In this document: positions 56,962 through 64,000 of the stretch, piece by piece
How the letters are laid out: each line of letters starts with the position of its first letter
How positions within the stretch are numbered: the stretch's first letter is position 1
From: Bdellovibrionales bacterium
Lineage (GTDB): Bacteria; Bdellovibrionota; Bdellovibrionia; Bdellovibrionales; UBA1609
Reading direction: 5' to 3'
Length of the DNA: 64,000 nucleotides
NCBI GenBank assembly: GCA_965199825.1
Contig: OZ241329.1
Location: 2,112,001-2,176,000 of the forward strand
Program-made: the position numbers and the translations under genes
The notes under the pieces: model-generated
Databases searched by the model: none
What the model was told of the DNA's origin: nothing
What the model saw: the letters and a program-made list of their open reading frames with translations, nothing else

Positions 56962-57956
56962 ATCCACTCGCCATCGAAAAATTTATTTTAAGATGGGTCT
57001 CAATGATCGTTTACGGACAAATGATCATCGTCAGTGCTTTGTTTGTGATGACTATAGTGCTCCTTACAATTCGCAAAAGACGCCAATTGCGCTTTGCTCA
57101 TCTCCTTGATCGCTATGCCGATGATCTCACCACCGAATTGCTCAATGCACCTGAAAAAGATTCTGACAAAATTGCTCGTCCCGGCATTTTTAAAAGTCTT
57201 GAAAGAACCGCATTGCGCGAAGCCTGCCACAGACAGATCAAATTTTTAAGCGGGCCAGAGCGTGTTTATATTATTCGTCGCTACATCGATTTTGGTTTTG
57301 CAAAAGATAATGTGGATGAATGCTATTCGAATCAATGGTGGAAAAGACTTAAAGCGGTCGTTCAGCTGAGCCATCTCCAAATGCCAATGCTGATTCCTTT
57401 GTTTCAAGATCTTTCAAAAGATTCGAACGATCTCGTCTGCGCCTACGCCTACTTAGGTTTAAGTCGGCTCAAAGAAGGATCTGAATGTGTGGATGCTCAG
57501 GCTTTGCTTCGCTTGGCGCACACAGGACGGATCAATTTGCTGCGAGAGATTATCACTAATTTATGTCGTCATCGCGAGCCGACCCAAATGATTTCGATGG
57601 CGTTATCATCAAAAAATGAAAACCTGCAAGAGGCGATGATCTCCTCACTTGCACTAATGAAAACACCAGAGATCGGCACCGAGCTTGCCGAAGTTTTAAG
57701 GCATCCCCAGCATCTCTCAAATTCACTATTGGTCAATGTGTTAAGAGCGCTTAAAGAAATAGGGGATCCTAGTTTTTTAGACGCAGTATTAAATTTTAAA
57801 AATCATGGTGATGAGCGCGTTCAACTCGAAGTGGTCGAATTTATATTGAGCTACGCCGCCGATGCGGATGAGGAGCTGAAAGCTTTTAATCCGGCAGAAT
57901 TATCAATTCCGGTTCAAAGAGCTTTACAAAAATATAGAACGCGGATTGCGGCATGA
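56958..57956 (+). CDS. membrane-anchored HEAT-repeat protein
   Basis: Single TM; WWKRLKA..QL, L.D....V...A, RAL.EIGD repeats. Confidence 0.7.
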   Translation: MNPLAIEKFILRWVSMIVYGQMIIVSALFVMTIVLLTIRKRRQLRFAHLLDRYADDLTTELLNAPEKDSDKIARPGIFKSLERTALREACHRQIKFLSGPERVYIIRRYIDFGFAKDNVDECYSNQWWKRLKAVVQLSHLQMPMLIPLFQDLSKDSNDLVCAYAYLGLSRLKEGSECVDAQALLRLAHTGRINLLREIITNLCRHREPTQMISMALSSKNENLQEAMISSLALMKTPEIGTELAEVLRHPQHLSNSLLVNVLRALKEIGDPSFLDAVLNFKNHGDERVQLEVVEFILSYAADADEELKAFNPAELSIPVQRALQKYRTRIAA

Positions 57957-59362
57957 GCAATTTTTTATACGATGCCACTCAAATGTTTTTGGTTGTGGCC
58001 ATCATCTACTTCTTTTTGGCAAACACCGCTTATTTACTTCTTTTGCTTGCAGCAGTTTGGGAATTGAGCCGGCAAAAAAAACTTTTACCGCTGACAACCG
58101 AGATGCAAGATGGGTCCTCAAGTATTGCACCAGGAATTTCAATTCTTGCTCCTGCCTATAACGAACAAGAAACGGTTGTTGAATCGGTGCGATCTTTTTT
58201 GATGCTCAATTATCCAGCCTTTGAAGTGATCGTGATCAGCGATGGCTCAAACGATGAAACACTCAAGCGCTTGACCGCCACTTATCAATTAGCACCTGTC
58301 GAGATGATCTATGATCCGCACTTAAGCCAAACCGAGATTCGTGGAGTCTACCAATCTCCGATGCATCCCAATTTAATTGTGGTCGACAAGGTCAACGGCG
58401 GCAAAGCCGATGCACTCAATGTCGGGATCGGATTTTCAAAATACGATCTTTATTGTGCGGTGGATTCAGATTCACTTCTCGAAGACGAGGCGTTACTCAA
58501 AGTCGCAGCCCCCTTTTTAGAAAACCCTCATAAGTTGATTGCCTCTGGTGGAACCGTGCGAATCGCCAATGGCGCACGCGTGCGATTCGGTAGGGTTGAA
58601 AATATTGAGCTCCCAAAAAATATGCTCGTGCTGATGCAAATTGTTGAGTACACAAGAGCGTTTTTGTGCGGCCGTATTGGTTGGAATTTTTTAAATGCGA
58701 CCTTTGTGATTTCAGGCGCATTTGGTTTATTCTCAAAAGCAGCGGTTAAAAAAATCGGCGGTTACACCAAGGGTTCGGTGGGCGAAGATATGGAGTTGAT
58801 CATTCGCCTCCATGCTTTTCATCTTGAACGAAACATTCCATATTCAATTGTGTTTGTGCCCGATCCGGTGTGTTGGACCGAAGCCCCCGCAGATGCAAAA
58901 TCCTTGGGAAAACAACGTGATCGTTGGCAAAGAGGCTTGGCCGATATTTTGGTGCGCAATCGTCATATGATTATGAGTCCTAAGTACGGTGCTGTCGGCC
59001 TCTTAGCATTTCCCTACTTTATTTTTGTTGAACTTCTTGGTCCCATCTTCGAATTGCTTTCGATTGCTATCCTAGTCATTGCGGCTTGCACCCACGGGAT
59101 TGATTTTACTGTGATGTGGACTTTCTTTTTGGCAAGTGCTTTGTATGGTGCCGTGCTCTCACTCGGCTCGCTTGTGATCGAAGAGGTGTACTATGCCAAG
59201 TACACAAGAGTCTCGCAGCTCCTAATTTTGTTTGCGGTATGTTTGCTCGAAAGCATTTGGTATCGACAGATTTCGACCGTGTGGCGGGTTCAAGGCGTAT
59301 ACAAATATTTGCGCGGCGATCATACTTGGGGAACTTTGCAGCGAGCCGGGTTTAAAAAATAA
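57953..59362 (+). CDS. processive GT2 glycosyltransferase (PgaC/IcaA-like)
   Basis: PAYNE, DGS.D, GKADALN, DSDS, GEDME, QRDRW, C-terminal TMs. Confidence 0.88.
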   Translation: MSNFLYDATQMFLVVAIIYFFLANTAYLLLLLAAVWELSRQKKLLPLTTEMQDGSSSIAPGISILAPAYNEQETVVESVRSFLMLNYPAFEVIVISDGSNDETLKRLTATYQLAPVEMIYDPHLSQTEIRGVYQSPMHPNLIVVDKVNGGKADALNVGIGFSKYDLYCAVDSDSLLEDEALLKVAAPFLENPHKLIASGGTVRIANGARVRFGRVENIELPKNMLVLMQIVEYTRAFLCGRIGWNFLNATFVISGAFGLFSKAAVKKIGGYTKGSVGEDMELIIRLHAFHLERNIPYSIVFVPDPVCWTEAPADAKSLGKQRDRWQRGLADILVRNRHMIMSPKYGAVGLLAFPYFIFVELLGPIFELLSIAILVIAACTHGIDFTVMWTFFLASALYGAVLSLGSLVIEEVYYAKYTRVSQLLILFAVCLLESIWYRQISTVWRVQGVYKYLRGDHTWGTLQRAGFKK

Positions 59363-59398
59363 CAGCTGGTTATTTTTAAAATACTTAAGCCCAATATT

Positions 59399-62300
59399 TC
59401 AACTTTCTGCATTCGGCTCAAAAAAAGAATTCAGTGGACCAGCTTTGGTGAATTTAAGAATCGAGCTGACGAGTTCATTTTCGTGAATCGGTTTTGTCAG
59501 ATGCCCGTTGCAACCGGCTTCGCGGGTGCGGGCGCGCTCCTCACGCATAGCATGTGCTGTCAGTGCGATGATGGGTTTACTAAAGCCCGCCTCGCGGAGG
59601 GCACGGGTGGTCTCGTAGCCATCCATATCGGGCATTTGGAGATCCATCAAAATCACGTCAAAATTAAAATCAAAGGCCATCTTAAACCCTTGCGTGCCAC
59701 CGCTGGCTAAGCTCACCTTGGCCGCGTGTTTTTCGAGAAGATGTTGCACCAAAATTTGGTTGTCGCGCGAATCATCCACAATCAAAACCGAAATTCCTTT
59801 GAGCGTGTGGGTATCTAATTTGCCAAGCTCGGTGTTGAAACTCGAGACCCGAGGTTTTCTTTCCTGTGACAACTCGGCTTGAAAAGTGATCACAAAAGTT
59901 GAGCCTTCGGATTCGTAGTTTTCACCCAGTGTCACGTTTCCTCCTAAGGCCAATGCCAAACGTCGAGAAAGGATAAGCCCTAATCCAGTTCCACCAAATT
60001 TTCGGGTGGTGGAATTGTCGGCTTGCATAAAGGGTTCAAACAACTTTTTTTGATTTTCTAGCAGAATCCCGGGGCCGGTGTCTTTGACCACAATTTTTAT
60101 TGTCGCCGATTTTAAATTTTTTGATTCGCTCGAGACATTGACACTCACTCCTCCTTGGCTTGTGAACTTCACCGCATTGCCTACGATATTGATTAAAATT
60201 TGGCGAATGCGAGTGGGGTCAGAAACAATGCGCTGGGGGACTGATACCGAAAGATTCAAATTAAGAGTAATCTGTTTTGAGCGAATTCGTTCTCGAAAAA
60301 GATCCATCACTTCGTGAATCAATTCAAAAAATGAAAACTCAATTTTCTCGATATCCAATTTGCCAGATTCAACTTTTGCTAAATCTAAAATATCATCGAT
60401 GATGCGGGTGAGAGCTTTGCCGTTTCGCGAGATTGTTTCTAAAAAAGATTGGCGTTCATTTTCTTCGTAATCGCCATCTTTTAATAAATTACTAAAACCT
60501 AAGATAGCCCCAAGCGGGGTCCGGATCTCATGGGACATATTTGCCAAAAAGGCCGACTTTGTTGTGTTTGCCCGTTCGGCTTCGATCTTGGCTTCGGTTA
60601 AAGTTTTTTGCATTTTTTTGATTTCCGAAATGTCCTGCATCACAAACCCGTAGGCAATCACCTGATTTGAGGACTCGCTCTGTACCGGAAATAAATTGAG
60701 CACCACTGGAATTAGATTTTGGGTCGAAAAATTTTTGAGCTCAATTTCCCCATTCCAAAATCCTTTATTTTGAATCGAAGGGATCAGTAAACCCAATATC
60801 GCGTTGTGATACTTTTCGGGGTAAAAATCGTAAAGGGTCAAATCGGAAATCTCTTTGTTTTCAAATCCAGAAAGTCTGCGGCCCCCATCGTTAAGATAAA
60901 ATGGTTTAAGATCCGTATTGAGCATACCAACAAAATCGGTACTATTCGAAACAAGGGCTGAGAGCAAACGGCGATCGGATTCGGATTTTTTTCTGGTCGT
61001 GATTTCAATCGATGTTCCATACATTCGGATAGGAATCTGATCTTGATCAAAAACAAATCGACCTTGTGCCTCGATCCATTTTATTTTTTTATCTTTTGAA
61101 AAAATACGATGTTCAGTGTGATATTGCTTTTGGTTCGTAATCGAATCTTTAAGCTTAATCAAAATTGATGTTTTGTCATCAGGGTGGATCCGACTCAAAG
61201 CCTCTTCAAGATTGCAATCGGCATCAAACTCCCAATCCTTTTTCATTTGATCGTTAAATACGATAAAATCGTCTCGCATGTCCCAATCATAAAATCCGAC
61301 TTTTGCAATCGATACGGCTGCGGCCAATTGACGTTCACTTTCAGCTAATCGTTTTTGATCAACCACACTTGCCGTTGTTTCGCGTGCATGGATCACTATG
61401 CCATAGGGCTCTGAGCTTTTTATTAGGATGCGAACGAAGGTAAAGGTAAAGTATTTTGCCTTCATCTTGACATCGTCAAGATGAGCTGTCTGTCCCGTGT
61501 ACAAAACCTGAGACATGATGTTTTGCAAATCAATTTCAAAATGCTCGCCAAATGACTCGTCCCAAGTGCGACCAAGGCAATCACTTCGGCCCAAAAACAC
61601 ATCAAAATTTTTATTGGTTTTTTCAAATACCAAATTTGGCCCACGCATCAGAGCGATTCCGATAGGCGAGTCGGTGATGATCGCATCCAATTTTGCTCGA
61701 TCTTCTTCGGTGACACTTGTGAGGTGCTCAAGCTTTCGTCTGGCTTCAATTAAATTGGTAATATCGTTGACCGCAAAAATTAATGAACCCGCATTGCCGT
61801 ACAGAGGAGGAATGGCTGCAGCCGTTACCGAAACACTGTAATTGCCACTCAAAGTTTTCCATAACATTTGCATATCTTTGACCTCTTCGCCGCGAGAGGC
61901 TTTTGATGAGGGTAATTCGTCAAATGTCAGCTGTCGACCCGTGGTCTCATCAATCGCAATCATCAAAGAATTTTGACTGCTTCGTTTTTCGCCTACCGGA
62001 AAGGAGCGACCAATCATCGCTTCGATGGCGTCATTGCCATAGGTGTATTCACCCGTATCGGGGTTTGCCATACAAAGCGGAAATGGAATCGATTTGATCG
62101 CAACCTGAAGCCAACGATGCTGATTGTCGCGCCACGCTTGCAAGTTTTTTTCTTGCGTGATGTCCCTAAAAACCAAGATCACACCCTCAGTATTGCGATG
62201 CGAATCAAGAATGGGGGCTACAGAATATTCGATCGTATATTCTTTTAAATCTTTGGAAATCAAAACCGAATGTTGAGGTTCTAAAGGCGTGCTCGCTTCG

Positions 62301-62872
62301 TGAAGCACGCTTTGAATGGGGCTCGATAATTTTTCTTTGGTGTGTTCATCAACATTATTAAAGATTTCTAAAAGACTTAACCCCTTGGCTTCCTCAAAAG
62401 TCCATCCGGTGAGTCTTTCGGCACTCTGATTCATGGAGGTGATCGCTTGGTGTGGGGTTGCGGTGGTTGCAATTACCGCATCGCCAATGCCCCTCAAGGT
62501 TGAACTCTGCCAAGCACGAATCAGATTCAGTTCGGTTTGATTTTTAAGTTTTTCGGTGTTGTCTAAAAATGTAATCACCGAGCCTATCATGTTTCCATCA
62601 ACCACAAGGGGAGTGGATCGATAATCGACATAGACTTCGGTACGATCGGATCTAAACAAAACTTCATTTTCAAGAAATATTGCGGTTGCGGCTTGGGTTG
62701 GATGTTTACAAGAAATAAAATCGTAAAGATGTCGACCGATAAGATCTGAAGTTTTTTGATAACCCAAAAGTCGAAGAGCCGCGGTGTTTACAGTTTTAAT
62801 AAACCCTTGAAGATCGATGGTAAATATACCTTCGATCGCCGCATTAAAAACCGCATCTGAAATTTCACTCAT
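59399..62872 (-). CDS. cytoplasmic multi-PAS hybrid histidine kinase
   Basis: About six PAS domains, SHEIRTPL, NAVKFT, GGTGLGL, receiver MDLQMP. Confidence 0.9.
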   Translation of the reverse strand: MSEISDAVFNAAIEGIFTIDLQGFIKTVNTAALRLLGYQKTSDLIGRHLYDFISCKHPTQAATAIFLENEVLFRSDRTEVYVDYRSTPLVVDGNMIGSVITFLDNTEKLKNQTELNLIRAWQSSTLRGIGDAVIATTATPHQAITSMNQSAERLTGWTFEEAKGLSLLEIFNNVDEHTKEKLSSPIQSVLHEASTPLEPQHSVLISKDLKEYTIEYSVAPILDSHRNTEGVILVFRDITQEKNLQAWRDNQHRWLQVAIKSIPFPLCMANPDTGEYTYGNDAIEAMIGRSFPVGEKRSSQNSLMIAIDETTGRQLTFDELPSSKASRGEEVKDMQMLWKTLSGNYSVSVTAAAIPPLYGNAGSLIFAVNDITNLIEARRKLEHLTSVTEEDRAKLDAIITDSPIGIALMRGPNLVFEKTNKNFDVFLGRSDCLGRTWDESFGEHFEIDLQNIMSQVLYTGQTAHLDDVKMKAKYFTFTFVRILIKSSEPYGIVIHARETTASVVDQKRLAESERQLAAAVSIAKVGFYDWDMRDDFIVFNDQMKKDWEFDADCNLEEALSRIHPDDKTSILIKLKDSITNQKQYHTEHRIFSKDKKIKWIEAQGRFVFDQDQIPIRMYGTSIEITTRKKSESDRRLLSALVSNSTDFVGMLNTDLKPFYLNDGGRRLSGFENKEISDLTLYDFYPEKYHNAILGLLIPSIQNKGFWNGEIELKNFSTQNLIPVVLNLFPVQSESSNQVIAYGFVMQDISEIKKMQKTLTEAKIEAERANTTKSAFLANMSHEIRTPLGAILGFSNLLKDGDYEENERQSFLETISRNGKALTRIIDDILDLAKVESGKLDIEKIEFSFFELIHEVMDLFRERIRSKQITLNLNLSVSVPQRIVSDPTRIRQILINIVGNAVKFTSQGGVSVNVSSESKNLKSATIKIVVKDTGPGILLENQKKLFEPFMQADNSTTRKFGGTGLGLILSRRLALALGGNVTLGENYESEGSTFVITFQAELSQERKPRVSSFNTELGKLDTHTLKGISVLIVDDSRDNQILVQHLLEKHAAKVSLASGGTQGFKMAFDFNFDVILMDLQMPDMDGYETTRALREAGFSKPIIALTAHAMREERARTREAGCNGHLTKPIHENELVSSILKFTKAGPLNSFFEPNAES

Positions 62873-63999
62873 GAATGATCAATCTCGCGATAATGATAAA
62901 CAGTTTGGATCAGATCCATCCGGTCAATAGGTTTGGTAAGATGATCGGTGTAGCCTGCATTTAAACATTTGTCTCGCACTTCGCTCATGGCATGAGCGGT
63001 GAGGGCAATAATTGATTTTTTGTATGAGGCTTTACGTAGATTTTTTGTTGCGGTGTATCCATCCATCTCGGGCATTTGAATATCCATCAAAACCACATCA
63101 AAATCTTCGGCCAAAGCTTTTTGATATCCCTCTAAACCGTTTTGGGCAAAACTCACCTTTGCTCCCGAGTCTGCTAAAAAATGATAAATCATTTCGCGAT
63201 TATCAATCGAGTCATCAACAACCAGGACCGCAATGCCTTGGAGCATATTGGGTTTAATCGGGGACTTCACTTTTGGCTCAATCTGTTTTGACGATTTCAA
63301 ACTGTGAAGGGGATGGGTTGGGATCTGCACCATAAAAGTTGAACCTTTGCCGAGTTCGGAATCGAGCAGCCGAATATCGCCTTCAAGATTTCGTGCCAGC
63401 TCGCGCGAGAGTGCGAGACCTAAACCGGTGCCACCGAATTTTTTTGATAAGGAGCTATCTGCCTGTACAAAAACGTCAAAGATTTTATCGCGAGCATCCA
63501 TTGGAATTCCGATGCCTGAATCCTTTACCGAAACACAAAGTTCATCTTGTGAGTTTGCAAAAGCGGTCACCGTGACAGAGCCAGTGGAAGTGAATTTCAC
63601 CGCATTACCCACCAGATTCATAATAATTTGGCGCAATCTTAAACCATCGGTCACAAAAGTTTTTGGAGCAGATTGTTCGTAATAGAATTCAAGAGCGATA
63701 TTTTTTTCAAGCGCTTTGACTTTTAAGAGTGAAATCACATCGCAAAGAATGTCTTCGGGTTGAATTAGAGAAAAATCAAAGGTCAGATGACCCGCCTCAA
63801 CTTTTGAGAGATCCAAAATATCATTAATAATTTCGGCGAGAGCTCGACCATTGCGAGTGATCACATTGATGTAATTCAAATAGTCCTCGCGCGGCAAATC
63901 AGGATCCCGCATCAGTTCTGCAAAACCAATAATTGCACCCAGCGGAGTTCGAATTTCGTGAGACATATTGGCTAAAAAAGCACTTTTGAGCTGATTGGC
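62869..63999 (-). CDS. hybrid histidine kinase, C-terminal part (5' end outside the window)
   Basis: Frame open to the window edge (ANQLKSAFLANMSHEIRTPL); HATPase and receiver MDIQMP. Confidence 0.9.
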   Translation of the reverse strand, partial: ANQLKSAFLANMSHEIRTPLGAIIGFAELMRDPDLPREDYLNYINVITRNGRALAEIINDILDLSKVEAGHLTFDFSLIQPEDILCDVISLLKVKALEKNIALEFYYEQSAPKTFVTDGLRLRQIIMNLVGNAVKFTSTGSVTVTAFANSQDELCVSVKDSGIGIPMDARDKIFDVFVQADSSLSKKFGGTGLGLALSRELARNLEGDIRLLDSELGKGSTFMVQIPTHPLHSLKSSKQIEPKVKSPIKPNMLQGIAVLVVDDSIDNREMIYHFLADSGAKVSFAQNGLEGYQKALAEDFDVVLMDIQMPEMDGYTATKNLRKASYKKSIIALTAHAMSEVRDKCLNAGYTDHLTKPIDRMDLIQTVYHYREIDHS

Positions 64000-64000
64000 A

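Overview
Gene-dense bacterial chromosomal window of moderate GC, most likely from a Bdellovibrionota (Bdellovibrionales/Oligoflexia-like) organism. That assignment is inferred from 'FQNCS' lipoproteins, a TIGR04552-like gene and many orphan secreted proteins. Metabolic and housekeeping content: maeB (partial), fadI/fadJ-type beta-oxidation genes, hbd-crt-icmF, an acyl-CoA dehydrogenase, a stand-alone B12-binding subunit, a Czc-type RND pump, an LTA-synthase-family sulfatase, an HD dNTPase-like gene, site-2 protease-scpA-scpB, psd, ferredoxin, prfC, udk, a rimB-rimK-peptidase cluster and initiator tRNA-fMet. Signalling and surface genes: four PAS histidine kinases (three hybrid), a stand-alone Hpt and receiver, and a YaiO-barrel/HEAT/GT2 polysaccharide operon. 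Most interesting: (1) two diverged RAYT-like HUH-Y1 genes, each beside its own non-CRISPR, non-GTAG repeat array and each with the same TTGACT-N17-TAnnnT-N6-ATG leaderless promoter geometry; (2) seven sigma54-like -24/-12 motifs, all in front of signal-peptide genes, four of which have a lone Cys (C-x-x-L-L-S in three) just after the signal peptide; (3) promoters of three sigma classes that place the TSS on or next to the ATG, suggesting pervasive leaderless translation; (4) a RelA/SpoT-synthetase-like gene ending the fad operon; (5) a structured RNA trailer after tRNA-fMet; (6) three broken genes near the tRNA. No CRISPR array, integrase or prophage was found.
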